A DNA stretch of 64,000 nucleotides. Origin: Moraxellaceae bacterium (GTDB lineage: Bacteria > Pseudomonadota > Gammaproteobacteria > Pseudomonadales > Moraxellaceae). The notes below the pieces were generated by a model, which did not search any database, was not told the origin of the DNA, and saw nothing but the letters and a program-made list of their open reading frames with translations. The translations under genes and the position numbers were made by a program. Shown piece by piece: positions 10,672 through 21,253 of the stretch. Location of the stretch: the NCBI GenBank assembly GCA_029237815.1, contig JAQZBP010000002.1, positions 206,917 through 270,916 of the forward strand. The letters are read 5' to 3'. Every line of letters begins with the position of its first letter. Within the stretch, counting starts at the first letter, position 1.

Positions 10672-11613
10672 TTACCTGCCTGAGTACAGCCCGTCGATGA
10701 AGCGGGTGACGACGAGAGCGCTCTCATCGGGAATCTCCGCCATCGGGACGTGCCCCGCCTCAGGGAAATAATGGAGACGGCTACCGGGGATATAGCGATT
10801 GAATACCCGGGCATTGTCCGGATGCAGCACACGATCCTTCTCGCCCCAGAGAATTAGTGTTGGCGCCTTGATGTCGGCGAGCGCCAGCGTCAGAAAGCCG
10901 ACATCGTGGATCAGCACTTCATAAAAGATGCGTTCGTGCAGCGGCGCATCCTTCACCGCCCTGTCCGCCAGATAGTCGATGATCGGACGCGTCATGACGG
11001 GCCTGCGATACGCCACATAATCGAGGAGCCGCTCGAAATCCTCCGGCTTCTTCGGAATGAGGAAGTTGTTGCCCTTCAGCACCTGCTGGTCCAGCTCCGT
11101 CGCCTTGAAGTGCACACCGGCCGAGTCCATCAAGGTTAGGCTGGCCACGGCATCGGGTCGCAAAAGCGACATTTGTGCGACCACCCCGCCGCCCATCGAG
11201 TTCCCCACCAGATGGGCACTCTTCACCTGCAGTTTCTCCATCAGCAGCAAGAGCCTGCGGGCCTGTGCCGCATACCCGTAGTCGCCGGCAGCCGGACGCG
11301 CGCTGCGCCCGAAGCCCAGCAGGTCGGGAATGATCACGCGATAGTCGCCATCACGGAACGAGCGGGCAAAGAACATCCAGCTTGCGCTGCTGTCGCCGAA
11401 GCCGTGCACGAACATCACCGTACGACCTGCGGTGGCGCGGCCATTGTCCAGGTAGGACACTTTATGTCCGTCAATGACGGCCTCGAAACGCTTCAGGCCG
11501 GCGATGCCTTCCTGGCTCCGCAGCATGTCCTCGACCATTTCCCTGTCTAAGGCGATCGCAGGCAGTGGCGCCAGCATCAGAAAGCAGAGCAGGAAGCGCG
11601 TCAGTGTACGCAT
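10672..11613 (-). CDS. secreted alpha/beta-fold hydrolase
   Basis: 313-aa ORF with an N-terminal signal peptide (MRTLTRFLLCFLMLAPLPAIA), HGFG and GNSMGG nucleophile-elbow motifs. Confidence 0.8.
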   Translation of the reverse strand: MRTLTRFLLCFLMLAPLPAIALDREMVEDMLRSQEGIAGLKRFEAVIDGHKVSYLDNGRATAGRTVMFVHGFGDSSASWMFFARSFRDGDYRVIIPDLLGFGRSARPAAGDYGYAAQARRLLLLMEKLQVKSAHLVGNSMGGGVVAQMSLLRPDAVASLTLMDSAGVHFKATELDQQVLKGNNFLIPKKPEDFERLLDYVAYRRPVMTRPIIDYLADRAVKDAPLHERIFYEVLIHDVGFLTLALADIKAPTLILWGEKDRVLHPDNARVFNRYIPGSRLHYFPEAGHVPMAEIPDESALVVTRFIDGLYSGR

Positions 11614-11658
11614 GGATAATCCTCGTTCTTGTTATTATGGAATTGCGCTGCCGGCGCT

Positions 11659-12705
11659 TCAGTCCGGGCCGTAAACCTGGGGCTCCATCTCCAGCTGCAC
11701 GCCGAACATCTGCAGCACGGCTTGCTGTATGGCGTGCGCCACCTGCATGACATCTGCACCTGTGGCGCCGCCATGATTGACGAGCACCAGGGCCTGCTTG
11801 TTATAGGAGCCCACCGGGCCGATGCGGCGCCCCTTCCAGCCGGCCTTCTCTATCAGCCAGCCAGCGGCGAGCTTGGCCTGCTCACCCTGCGGATAGGCAA
11901 CGATCTCGGGGAAGTGCTGCCGGAGCGACTCCAGCTTGCCTGCGGCCACGACGGGATTCTTGAAAAAACTGCCGGCATTGCCGAGCACGGACGGCAGCGG
12001 CAGCTTGCGGGTGCGGATCGCGATGACCGCATCGGCCACCTGCCGCGGCGTGGGCTGCACGATGCCATGGTCGGCGAGCTCCTGCCGGATGTCGCCATAG
12101 CCCGTCCTGACCGCCGCCGCCTTCAAGAGCAGGAACCGCACCCGCGTGATGATGTAGCGACCGCGCAACTCCTGCTTGAAGACGCTCTCGCGGTAACCGA
12201 GCCGACACTCCTCACGGCTGAATTCGCGAACTTCGCCGGAGGCAATCTCCATGGCCGTGAGCGAATGCAGGTGATCGGCAATCTCGACGCCATACGCACC
12301 GATGTTCTGGATGGGCGAAGCGCCAACCGTGCCGGGAATGAGAGAAAGGTTCTCCAGCCCGTACCAGTGGCAGGCCAGCGTGTACTGCACGAAGTCGTGC
12401 CACTTCTCGCCGCCGGCCGCCTCCACGAGGTAGTGATCTGCGCTTTCGCCGATGCAGGCGACACCGGTCAGGGCTGGCTGCAGCACGACTCCCGGAAAGT
12501 CACCGGAGAAGATCAGGTTGCTGCCGCCGCCCAGCACCATGAGCGGGAGATTGCGGGCCGTCACCGATCGGAGGAAGCGTGCCAGCTCGACTTCGGATTC
12601 GGGTGCCGCGTAGAAGCGCGCGCGCGCCGTGATGCCGAAGGTGTTGAGCCGGTCCAGCGGCTGGTTCTCAATAAAGCGCATGTCAGCACCCGCAGCCGAA
12701 AACAC
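11659..12705 (-). CDS. murB: UDP-N-acetylenolpyruvoylglucosamine reductase
   Basis: 348-aa ORF with NTFGI, LVLGGGSNL and the long-form MurB C-terminus. The start may be the MRFIENQ methionine at 12681. Confidence 0.9.
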   Translation of the reverse strand: MFSAAGADMRFIENQPLDRLNTFGITARARFYAAPESEVELARFLRSVTARNLPLMVLGGGSNLIFSGDFPGVVLQPALTGVACIGESADHYLVEAAGGEKWHDFVQYTLACHWYGLENLSLIPGTVGASPIQNIGAYGVEIADHLHSLTAMEIASGEVREFSREECRLGYRESVFKQELRGRYIITRVRFLLLKAAAVRTGYGDIRQELADHGIVQPTPRQVADAVIAIRTRKLPLPSVLGNAGSFFKNPVVAAGKLESLRQHFPEIVAYPQGEQAKLAAGWLIEKAGWKGRRIGPVGSYNKQALVLVNHGGATGADVMQVAHAIQQAVLQMFGVQLEMEPQVYGPD

Positions 12706-13189
12706 CCTGCCGCTTCAGCAGAGTCCGTAAAAGAGAATGGCTGCCCTCCTCGACAAGATCGAGGACAGTCTCGAAGCCGTCTCCGGCACCGTAATAAGGA
12801 TCGGGGACATCGCGACCTTCATGTCCAGGCAGAAAATCGAGAAAGAGCGACGCCTCGATCGCGTCGGCACCTGCCAGGCGTTGCAGGCGGCGCACTTCCT
12901 CATGCACATCCACTGCCATGGACAGGATCAGGTCGAAGCGGTCGAAATCTTCTGCCCCGAGCTGGCGCGCCCGGAGCCGGGACAGATCATAGCCTCGCGA
13001 GGCCGCGTACCGCTGCGTGCGGTGATCCGGCGACTCGCCGGCATGGATGCCGCTGATGCCCGCGGAGGCCACGCTGAACATTCCGCCCCATCCGGCACGG
13101 TCGGCCTGGTGCCGGAACACGGCTTCGGCGGTCGGCGAGCGGCAGATGTTGCCGACGCAGACGAAGAGAATGCGCGTCACCTCGCCCAT
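12683..13189 (-). CDS. ptp: low-molecular-weight protein-tyrosine phosphatase
   Basis: 168-aa ORF with the LFVCVGNICRSPTAEAVF P-loop (CX5R) and DP motifs. Confidence 0.85.
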   Translation of the reverse strand: MGEVTRILFVCVGNICRSPTAEAVFRHQADRAGWGGMFSVASAGISGIHAGESPDHRTQRYAASRGYDLSRLRARQLGAEDFDRFDLILSMAVDVHEEVRRLQRLAGADAIEASLFLDFLPGHEGRDVPDPYYGAGDGFETVLDLVEEGSHSLLRTLLKRQGVFGCGC

Positions 13190-13195
13190 GTCCGC

Positions 13196-13954
13196 CTACC
13201 CGGCCAGCAGCGCGCGCACGCGTTCGAGGTCTTCCGCCGTGTCGACGCCGGGCGGCAGCTCGACCGCGGCGACATCCACGTGGATCTTCACGCCATTGAA
13301 GAGCGCGCGCAGTTGCTCCAGCGCCTCGATCTGCTCGATTTCCGCCGGCGGCCATTGCACGTAGGCATGCAGGAAGCCGACACGGTAGGCGTAGATGCCG
13401 AGATGGCGCAGATACAGGTTGCTCGCCGGCAGCGTCGTCCTGTCCTTTGCAAAAAGATCACGCGCCCAAGGCAATGGTGCACGACTGAAGTAGAGGGCGT
13501 GCCCCTTCACATCGCGCACGAGCTTCACGATATTGGGATTGAAGAGCTGGCCAGCATCCTGGAGCGCCTCGGCCAGCGTTGCGATACCGGCCTCGCCGGC
13601 CGTGGCCAGATTGGCGGCGACCTGGTCGATGACGGCGGGCGGGATCAGCGGCTCGTCGCCCTGCACGTTCACCACGATGACGTCGTCGGCCCAGCCCTTC
13701 AGCTTGGCCACCTCCTGCAGGCGGTCGGTGCCGGACGGATGCTCTTGCGCGGTCATCACCACGGGCGCGCCGATGGCCTGTGCGGCGCGCTCGATGCGCT
13801 CATCGTCGGTGGCGATCAGCACTTCCTCGGCACCACTGCGGCAGGCGCGTTCGTAGACATGCGCGAACATGGGCTTGCCGGCGATCTCCAGCAGCGGCTT
13901 GCCCGGCAGGCGGCTGGATCCGTAGCGGGCCGGAATGACAACCTTGAATCCCAT
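13196..13954 (-). CDS. kdsB: 3-deoxy-manno-octulosonate cytidylyltransferase
   Basis: 252-aa ORF starting [21 protein letters not shown]. Confidence 0.9.
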   Translation of the reverse strand: MGFKVVIPARYGSSRLPGKPLLEIAGKPMFAHVYERACRSGAEEVLIATDDERIERAAQAIGAPVVMTAQEHPSGTDRLQEVAKLKGWADDVIVVNVQGDEPLIPPAVIDQVAANLATAGEAGIATLAEALQDAGQLFNPNIVKLVRDVKGHALYFSRAPLPWARDLFAKDRTTLPASNLYLRHLGIYAYRVGFLHAYVQWPPAEIEQIEALEQLRALFNGVKIHVDVAAVELPPGVDTAEDLERVRALLAG

Positions 13955-13964
13955 GATGCCCTCC

Positions 13965-14150
13965 TCAGCCCAGGCGTTCGTCGACGGTCAGGCGGCGCGC
14001 TTCGTCTTCCAGCATGACGGGAATGCCATCGCGGATCGGGAACGCGAGGGCATCGGCGCGACAGACCAGTTCCTGTGCCTCGGCGTGGTACTGCAGGGTG
14101 CCTTTGCAGAGGGGGCACACGAGGATGGCAAGCAGCTTCTTATCCAGCAT
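13965..14150 (-). CDS. ycaR: Trm112/YcaR-like (UPF0434) small protein
   Basis: 61-aa ORF with [21 protein letters not shown], matching the YcaR family. Sits between lpxK and kdsB as in E. coli. Confidence 0.8.
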   Translation of the reverse strand: MLDKKLLAILVCPLCKGTLQYHAEAQELVCRADALAFPIRDGIPVMLEDEARRLTVDERLG

Positions 14151-15135
14151 TTCGGTTTTCCTTTGTCGCGGCCCGCAGCTCGGCGAGCAGGGCCTCGTAG
14201 AACGGTTCCGGCAAGGCGGCGCTCACCGGCACATACCAGCAATTCCGCAGCGCCAACTCTCGGCACTTCACCATGTCTTTTTCCGTCATGACGACGGGCA
14301 AGCCATCGGCAAACGAAAAGTCGGCCGTCGCGTAGGCATGGTGATCAGGAAACGCATGCGGGATGACACTGAACCCCTGAGCCTGCAGCTGATCGAAGAA
14401 GCGCTCGGGATTGCCGATGCCGGCCACGGCGTGAACCCGGCTGCCCGCAGCCGGCAATGACGCCTCCCCCTCGCCTACCGGCAACCAGGCGCCAGGCACC
14501 AGGCGCATAGGATAGGCGCCGGGCCACGGGTCGCCGTCGCCGTTCACCACCACGTGATCCACCGTGCGCAGGCGCCGCACCGGCTCGCGCAGTGGGCCCG
14601 CCGGAAGCAGCCAGCGGTTGCCGAAGCCGCGGGCACCGTCGACCACCGCGATCTCGATGTCCCGTGCCAGCGCGAGATGCTGCAGGCCGTCGTCGCAGAG
14701 CACGACATTGCAGTCCGAGTTCTGCAGCAGGTGGCGCACCGCACGGCTGCGTATCGGGTCCACCACCAACGGCACACCGCTACGGCGGAACATCATGGCT
14801 GGCTCATCGCCCGCTTCCGCCGGTGTGCTGCTTTCGCCAAGCAGGAAGGGATAGCGCGCCTTGCCGCCATAGCCGCGGCTGACGACGCCGGGCCGGTAGC
14901 CGGCCGCGCGCAGCCGCTCGATCAGCGCCAGTGTCAGCGGCGTTTTCCCGGTGCCGCCCACCGTGATGTTGCCCACCACGATGACCGGCACCCCGAAGTG
15001 GCTCACGCCCAGCAGTCCTGCACGGTACAGCGCCCGGCGCAGCGTGAGCAGCAGCGCATACACGACGGCCAGCGGCGCCAGTAACCACAGTGCCGGATGG
15101 CCCCGGTACCAGGCGCGCGCCAGCACATCGCTCAC
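14140..15135 (-). CDS. lpxK: tetraacyldisaccharide 4'-kinase
   Basis: 331-aa ORF with [18 protein letters not shown], the Walker A motif of LpxK. Confidence 0.9.
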   Translation of the reverse strand: MSDVLARAWYRGHPALWLLAPLAVVYALLLTLRRALYRAGLLGVSHFGVPVIVVGNITVGGTGKTPLTLALIERLRAAGYRPGVVSRGYGGKARYPFLLGESSTPAEAGDEPAMMFRRSGVPLVVDPIRSRAVRHLLQNSDCNVVLCDDGLQHLALARDIEIAVVDGARGFGNRWLLPAGPLREPVRRLRTVDHVVVNGDGDPWPGAYPMRLVPGAWLPVGEGEASLPAAGSRVHAVAGIGNPERFFDQLQAQGFSVIPHAFPDHHAYATADFSFADGLPVVMTEKDMVKCRELALRNCWYVPVSAALPEPFYEALLAELRAATKENRNAG

Positions 15136-16907
15136 ACGGCCCCCGGCGCCGTTTCACCCTCGGCGAAGTTGCGGCTGTGCAGGCTCGCGTAGGCGCCGTT
15201 GCGTGCCAGCAGTTCCGCATGCGTGCCGGTCTCGACGATGAGGCCCTGGTCCAGGACCACGATCACGTCGGCGTTCTCGATAGTGGAAAGGCGATGCGCA
15301 ATGACCAGCGTCGTGCGGTCTTTCATGATCTCGTCCAGCGCGGCCTGGATATAGAACTCGGATTCGTTGTCGAGCGCGCTGGTCGCCTCGTCGAGAATGA
15401 GGACAGGGGCGTCCTTGATCAGTGCGCGGGCAATGGCGAGGCGCTGGCGCTGGCCTCCGGAAAGCTGGAGCCCGTCCTGGCCGACGCGGGTATTGTAGCC
15501 CTGCGGCAGCCTGGCGATGAATTCATCGGCATAAGCCGATCTGGCGGCCCGTTCGACATCCTCGATCGAGCGGTCGCGGAATGCACCGTAGGCAATGTTG
15601 TTGCGGATGCTGTCGTCGAAGAGCACGACCTTCTGGCTCACCGTCGCGATCTGCTGGCGCAGCGAGGACAGCCGGTATTCCTCGATGGGATGCCCATCCA
15701 CCAGCAATGTCCCGGACGAGACGTCATGGAAGCGCTGCAGCAGGCTGACCAGCGTGCTCTTGCCGGAGCCCGAACGGCCCACGAGCGCCACGGTCTGGCC
15801 CGGCCGTATGTGCAGGCTGATGTCCCGCAACACCGGCTTGCCCTCCTCGTAGGCAAAGCCCACCTGGCGGAACTCGATATCGCCCCGCAACCGGGGCACA
15901 TCGCGCACGCCCTTGTCCGTCTCCGGTGGCGTATCCAGCAATTCGAATACCGAGGCTGAGGCTGCAATGCCGCGCTGGATTTTCTCGTTGATGTCGGTCA
16001 GCGCGCGCACCGGCTTCTGCAGCATGCCGGCCGCGACGATGTAGGAGACGAACTCGCCCGCGGTAATACCCTGGGAGATCACGGTCTGCAGCGCATACCA
16101 GATGACACCGCCCATGGCGATCGCGAGCAGCAGCTGCACGAGGGGCGAGCTCAGCGACGCCGTAACCACCATCTTCATGCCCTGGCGCAGGTTCTCGCGG
16201 GATGCCCTGTCGAAGCGTTCGCGCTCGTACTGCTCGCCGCCATAGCTCTTCACCACCTGGAAGGCCAGGATGATCTCGCTGACCACATGGTTGATGTCGC
16301 CCATGGCGTTCTGGATGCGCGTGGATAATTTGCGAAAACGCTTGCCAGCGAGGCGCACGAGCAGGCCCGCGAGCGGACCGATGATGAGCAGCGAGAGGGA
16401 CAGCCGCCAGTTGAGATAGAAGAGATAGCCGAGCAGCGTGACGACAATGAAGCCCTCGCGCACCAGCGTCTTGATGGCGTCGGTGGCAGCGCCGGTCACC
16501 TGCTCCACGTTGTAGATGATCTTGGAGGCGATATGTCCGGGCGAATTCAGGTGGTAGTAGCTGGCGGGCAGCACCAGCAGCTTGTCGAAGAGCTCGCGGC
16601 GCATTTCATAGACGACGTTGCGCGACACCAGGGCAAGGAAATAATTGCCGATGAAGGATCCCACGCCACGCATGAACACGACCCCGATCACCAGGAAAGG
16701 AAACAGGTTCATGTGCGACTGGTCGCGATGCTGGATGGCGTCGATGATGTACTGGATCAGCTTGGCGCTGGCGGCCTCGGTCAGGCCGTTCAGCAGGAAG
16801 CCGAAGGTGCCGATCAGGAAGAAAACCCAGAAGCGCCCCGTGTAGCGCAGGAGGCGGCGGTAGACGTGGGCACCGGACTCGGGTCCGGCGGCTTGCGATG
16901 TGCTCAT
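15132..16907 (-). CDS. msbA: lipid A export ABC transporter (fused permease/ATPase) MsbA
   Basis: Six-TM domain plus ABC ATPase (GRSGSGKST, LSGGQRQR). Start chosen at the ATG at 16905-16907 (MSTSQAAG..) to avoid a 67-nt overlap with exbD. Confidence 0.9.
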   Translation of the reverse strand: MSTSQAAGPESGAHVYRRLLRYTGRFWVFFLIGTFGFLLNGLTEAASAKLIQYIIDAIQHRDQSHMNLFPFLVIGVVFMRGVGSFIGNYFLALVSRNVVYEMRRELFDKLLVLPASYYHLNSPGHIASKIIYNVEQVTGAATDAIKTLVREGFIVVTLLGYLFYLNWRLSLSLLIIGPLAGLLVRLAGKRFRKLSTRIQNAMGDINHVVSEIILAFQVVKSYGGEQYERERFDRASRENLRQGMKMVVTASLSSPLVQLLLAIAMGGVIWYALQTVISQGITAGEFVSYIVAAGMLQKPVRALTDINEKIQRGIAASASVFELLDTPPETDKGVRDVPRLRGDIEFRQVGFAYEEGKPVLRDISLHIRPGQTVALVGRSGSGKSTLVSLLQRFHDVSSGTLLVDGHPIEEYRLSSLRQQIATVSQKVVLFDDSIRNNIAYGAFRDRSIEDVERAARSAYADEFIARLPQGYNTRVGQDGLQLSGGQRQRLAIARALIKDAPVLILDEATSALDNESEFYIQAALDEIMKDRTTLVIAHRLSTIENADVIVVLDQGLIVETGTHAELLARNGAYASLHSRNFAEGETAPGAV

Positions 16908-16959
16908 TCGTATGACCGTCGGAGTGGCGAGCCGGATGCAGGAGTAGCGCGGGCCGCTA

Positions 16960-17382
16960 TTACTTGGCCCGCTCAGGCTGGCGCGTGCTGATGCTGAGAC
17001 TCTGGAAGCCCATCTGCCCTGCGGCATCCATCACCGTCACCACGGCCTGGTGCGGCGCATTGCCGTCGGCGGAGATGATGAATGGCAGGTCGCGACTGCC
17101 CTCGCTGGCTTTCTCGATTGCCGAGCGCAGGCTGGTGGCCTGCTTGGTCGCCAGCACCTGGCCATTCACGGCGTAGTCACCCGACGCGCTCACCGCCACC
17201 TCGATGTTACGGGCAGGCGCATTCGACGCCTCGGCTTTCGCTTCGGGCAGGCTGATCTGCAGCTTGCTCGGCTTGAGGAAGGTCGTGGAGAGCATGAAAA
17301 AGATGATGAGGAAGAGCAGGCAGTCAATCAGCGGCGTGAGATTGATCTCGAGCGGGTCCTCGGCGGGGCGACGGAACTTCAC
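16960..17382 (-). CDS. exbD: biopolymer transport protein ExbD/TolR
   Basis: 140-aa ORF with INLTPLIDCLLFLIIFFM. Confidence 0.85.
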   Translation of the reverse strand: MKFRRPAEDPLEINLTPLIDCLLFLIIFFMLSTTFLKPSKLQISLPEAKAEASNAPARNIEVAVSASGDYAVNGQVLATKQATSLRSAIEKASEGSRDLPFIISADGNAPHQAVVTVMDAAGQMGFQSLSISTRQPERAK

Positions 17383-18056
17383 GCCGTGGTCTCCCGGGGC
17401 TTGCCCTGCGCGGCGCCCTTCGCGGGGCGCTGCTGGAAGTCCACTTCACGGTCGCCATGGACGATGTCGACGAGCTTGATGGCCTGCTGCTCCATCTCGA
17501 CCGTGATCGACGCGACGTGCCGGGTGAAATAACGATGCACCACGATCGCGGGAATGGCGACCACGATGCCCCCCGCGGTAGTGATCAGCGCCTTGGATAT
17601 GCCTCCCGCCAGCATGGCCGGGTCGTTTATGCCGGAGGTCGTCACCGCCATGAACGCCTCGATGATGCCCACCACCGTACCCAGCAGGCCGAGCAGCGGC
17701 GAAATGACGGCGATGGTGCCGAGCAGCGAGAGATAGCGCTCGAGGTTGTGGATCACATGCGAAGCCGCCTCTTCGATGCTTTCCTTCATGATCTCGCGGC
17801 CATGCTTGGAGTTCAGCAGGCCGGCGGCCAGGATTTCACCCAGCGGGGAGTCTTCGCGCAGTTGTTTAAGCTTGGCGGCATCCAACTGGTTGGACTTGAT
17901 CCATTGCCACACGCGCGCCAGCAGGTCCGGCGGCGCCACGCGACTAGTACGCAGGGTCCAGGCACGCTCCAGGCTGATGGCCAGGGCCAGCGTCGATGCC
18001 AGCAGGATCGGTAGCATCAACCAGCCACCCGCTTTGATCAGCTCCCACACAGTCAT
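17379..18056 (-). CDS. exbB: MotA/TolQ/ExbB proton channel protein
   Basis: 225-aa ORF with three TM segments and the GLLGTVVGI motif. Confidence 0.85.
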   Translation of the reverse strand: MTVWELIKAGGWLMLPILLASTLALAISLERAWTLRTSRVAPPDLLARVWQWIKSNQLDAAKLKQLREDSPLGEILAAGLLNSKHGREIMKESIEEAASHVIHNLERYLSLLGTIAVISPLLGLLGTVVGIIEAFMAVTTSGINDPAMLAGGISKALITTAGGIVVAIPAIVVHRYFTRHVASITVEMEQQAIKLVDIVHGDREVDFQQRPAKGAAQGKPRETTA

Positions 18057-18110
18057 GCACTCCCGTGAAAAAATCGGGCCGGTCGTCGCCGGCTAAAATC
18101 GCGTCTTACT

Positions 18111-20486
18111 CTACCGGTTTACCCCTACAGCGCCAAGCGCGAAGACCGCTGTCCAGTCCGTAAAAAACGGGCTCTGCGGATCGCGCTGCCAGTAGCCTGC
18201 GGACTCGCGGCGGAACTCGTGCACCTGCAGTTTTCCCTGCTCGTCGAGCTGTACCGTGATGGCCCCCGAGCCGGCGGTGTTGCGCCACGGGATGCCGGCG
18301 GCCTCCAGGCGCGACAGCACCTTCGGACTGGGATGCCGGTAGGCGTTGCGATAGCCGGCCGAGATGAGCGACAGCTCGGGCCGCACCACCGTGAGCAGCT
18401 CCTCCGACGTGCTGGTGCGACTCCCGTGATGGCCGAGCACCCACACCGTGGACCGGAGCGACGCCGGTGGATGGCGGTCCAGCAGGGAGAGTTCGCCGAG
18501 TCGCTCGAGGTCTCCGGTCATAAGCACTGCCGCCTGACCGCGACTGATGCGCAGGACGCAGGAGCGATTGTTGTCGTTGCGCGCATAGCGACGCTGATCG
18601 TCGTCCGGATAGAGCACGGCGAACTCCCAGCCATCCCACGTCCAGCGCTGCCCGGAGCGGCAAGCCCTCCAGAAGATGCCCGCAGTGCCCTGCCCAGCCA
18701 CGGGCGCCGTGCCGAGCCCGTCACCCAGCGCCAGGCCCTGCATCACCGAGCGTGCACCGCCGACATGATCATTGTCGCCATGACTGAGCAGGAGCCTGTC
18801 GATGAAGCGGATGCCCTGCCGGCTGATCGTTGGCAGGACATGCCGGCGCCCGGCATCAGCATGCGGACCAAGGGCAGGACCCGTGTCGTAAAGCAGACGG
18901 TGGCCTTCCGTTTCAACCAGCACGGACAGGCCCTGCCCGACATCGATGACGGTGAGGCGAAGAAGGCCGGGCAGTCGCGTATCGGGAGGTAGGAGGACGG
19001 GTAGCAGGAACAGCGGCGCCAACAGCCGCAGTGACGGGCTCAAGGGCTGGAAAAGACAGGTCACCGCCAGCACCAGCGCCACGAGCCCCGCAAATCCCGG
19101 CAGGCTGAAGTCGAAGCTGGCACCGGGCCAGGCGGCGAATTGGGCCATGCAGGCATCGAGAACCTCGACCAGCCCGATGGCGCCCGACCACATGACACCG
19201 GCCATAGAACTGGCGCCCGCCAGCCAGCAAAGGCTGCCGGCCAGGCCGAGCGGCACGATGGCGAACGTGACGAGGGGCACGGCCAACAGGTTGGCGAACG
19301 GTGATACCCAACTGATCCGTTCGAAGAGCCAGAGCGTCAGCGGAAGCAAGAGGAACGAGATGGCGACTTGCAGGAGTACGGCCTGCCGCCAGGCTGGCTG
19401 GCCGCGCACGCCGCGACCAAACAGCATCAGCAGTGCGACGGCGCCAAAGGAAAGCCAGAAGCCTGCGGCATGCACTGCAAGTGGAGACCACAGCAATACC
19501 GCCAGCAGCGCCAGGAGCAGCACGTGGAGCGCCGGTATATGCCGCTCCAGCATCATTGCCGCACTCACCACCGCCATCATGATCAGCGTGCGCTCGGTGG
19601 GAATGGAATAGCCGGCAAACAGGCTGTAGGCGATACCGGCAACGAAGGCGGAGATCAACGCAGGCTTCTGCAAGGGCCAGCTCAGGCCGAGCCGAGGCAA
19701 TGCGCGCAGCGAGTGCCGCACCAGCCAGAAGACCACCAGCGACAGCATGGCCACGTGCAGTCCGGAGATCGCCATCAGGTGCACGATGCCAGTGGCCACA
19801 TAGGTTTCCCACATGGCATCGGGAACCAGCGCGCGGTCCCCGCTCACCAGGGCCAGCACGACGCCAGCCGCGGGGCGCTCCGGATACATCTGCCGGAATG
19901 TGTTGCGCAATCCGAGTCGAATGCGGTCAACGGAAAGGCCGGCAGAAGGCCTGCAGTCCAGGGCCCTGGCAGTCCCGGTTGCGTCGATGCCTTCGGAGAG
20001 CAGCCACTCCTCGTAATCAAAGCCCGCGGGGTTGGCCGCGCCATGGGGACGCTTGAGCCTTGCCGTCAGCCTGCAGGCATCGCCCGGAGCGGGAGCAACG
20101 TCGCCGGCGCCATGCAACAGCCAGAGGGCCCCGCGTGGCGGGACATATTTTCCTTCCCTCACTTCGACATGCTGCGGACGAAAGCGGAAGCGGAATCCCG
20201 CGCGCTCGGCCGGATCGGGCAGGCCTTCCACCACGCCGAAAGCCACGACGGGCTCACCCTCCAGGGCGAAGGGAATCCGCTCCTCGAGTGCGCGGGAGGC
20301 GGACGCCACCGACCAGCAGAAACTGGCCAGGAAGCAGGCAGACAGCAGCAGCCAGCGGCGACGCCAGCGCCACCACGACACCAGCAGGCAAAGCGTGGCC
20401 AGCAGTAAGGGCCCTGGCGGCGGCAGCACCTTGAGGAGCGGCAGCACAAGCAGGCCGCTCGCGGTAGCGCACAAGAGCAATCCCAT
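18111..20486 (-). CDS. comEC: DNA internalization competence protein ComEC/Rec2
   Basis: 791-aa polytopic membrane protein with the competence domain plus a C-terminal metallo-beta-lactamase domain (HGDNDHVGG). Confidence 0.85.
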   Translation of the reverse strand: MGLLLCATASGLLVLPLLKVLPPPGPLLLATLCLLVSWWRWRRRWLLLSACFLASFCWSVASASRALEERIPFALEGEPVVAFGVVEGLPDPAERAGFRFRFRPQHVEVREGKYVPPRGALWLLHGAGDVAPAPGDACRLTARLKRPHGAANPAGFDYEEWLLSEGIDATGTARALDCRPSAGLSVDRIRLGLRNTFRQMYPERPAAGVVLALVSGDRALVPDAMWETYVATGIVHLMAISGLHVAMLSLVVFWLVRHSLRALPRLGLSWPLQKPALISAFVAGIAYSLFAGYSIPTERTLIMMAVVSAAMMLERHIPALHVLLLALLAVLLWSPLAVHAAGFWLSFGAVALLMLFGRGVRGQPAWRQAVLLQVAISFLLLPLTLWLFERISWVSPFANLLAVPLVTFAIVPLGLAGSLCWLAGASSMAGVMWSGAIGLVEVLDACMAQFAAWPGASFDFSLPGFAGLVALVLAVTCLFQPLSPSLRLLAPLFLLPVLLPPDTRLPGLLRLTVIDVGQGLSVLVETEGHRLLYDTGPALGPHADAGRRHVLPTISRQGIRFIDRLLLSHGDNDHVGGARSVMQGLALGDGLGTAPVAGQGTAGIFWRACRSGQRWTWDGWEFAVLYPDDDQRRYARNDNNRSCVLRISRGQAAVLMTGDLERLGELSLLDRHPPASLRSTVWVLGHHGSRTSTSEELLTVVRPELSLISAGYRNAYRHPSPKVLSRLEAAGIPWRNTAGSGAITVQLDEQGKLQVHEFRRESAGYWQRDPQSPFFTDWTAVFALGAVGVNR

Positions 20487-20637
20487 CGCACATCCTTGTG
20501 GGTCGGGAAAGACATCGAAAAACTTGCGGTATTGCCGTCAACACCAAACGAAACCTGGCGGCAATGGCACGGCCAAGGCCATTGACCGGCGAGGGCGGAT
20601 TGTCCAAATATGGCGCACCTTCCCGTGGTCGCAATCC

Positions 20638-21216
20638 ATGCCGAAACACCTGATACGCCGCTACCTGCCATCGCCCGAGCGGATCATTCATCATCCGTCG
20701 TTACGGTTCATGAGCAAGCGGCTCGCCGACCCGGGACTCTGGCACCTGCATCGCCGCTCCGCCGCCGGCGCGGTCTTCTGGGGCCTCTGGTGCGCCATGC
20801 TCCCCATGCCTTTCCAGATGCTGCCGGCGGCAGCGCTCGCCATCTTCTTCCGCGTCAACCTGCCGCTGACCATCGTGCTGGTCTGGGTCAGCAATCCCCT
20901 CACGCTCATTCCGCTGATGTGGATTGCCTACTGGCTGGGCAGCCACCTGCTCGGTGAGCCGATGGTCTCGGGTGGAGAGCTGCGCCAGTTGCTCAGCGAG
21001 CTCACCTCGATGGTGGGCGGCTGGATCGGCGCGACAGAGCCAGCGACGACGCATCTCGCACAGTACGCCGAACCCTTCTTGCTGGGCACGATGGTGCTGG
21101 GCCTGATGACGGGCAGTCTGGGCTATATACTCATGCGCCTCTACTGGCGATGGCACGTACTGAAAGCCTGGCAGCGACGGCAGGAGAGCAGGAAGTGCCG
21201 GTCCGCGAACAGCTGA
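20638..21216 (+). CDS. DUF2062-family membrane protein
   Basis: Starts at the ATG at 20638 (MPKHLIRRYLPSPERIIHHPSLRFM..), a typical DUF2062 N-terminus followed by TM segments. The 394-aa listed ORF upstream of it is low-complexity read-through. Confidence 0.6.
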   Translation: MPKHLIRRYLPSPERIIHHPSLRFMSKRLADPGLWHLHRRSAAGAVFWGLWCAMLPMPFQMLPAAALAIFFRVNLPLTIVLVWVSNPLTLIPLMWIAYWLGSHLLGEPMVSGGELRQLLSELTSMVGGWIGATEPATTHLAQYAEPFLLGTMVLGLMTGSLGYILMRLYWRWHVLKAWQRRQESRKCRSANS

Positions 21217-21253
21217 CCGGCTGCAGGAATAGCACTGAAAATGTGACGCGGCT

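Noticed and set aside
16908-17027. Longer msbA start at 17027.
   Set aside because: It would overlap exbD by 67 nt. The MSTSQ methionine at 16907 gives a normal MsbA length and a normal N-terminus.
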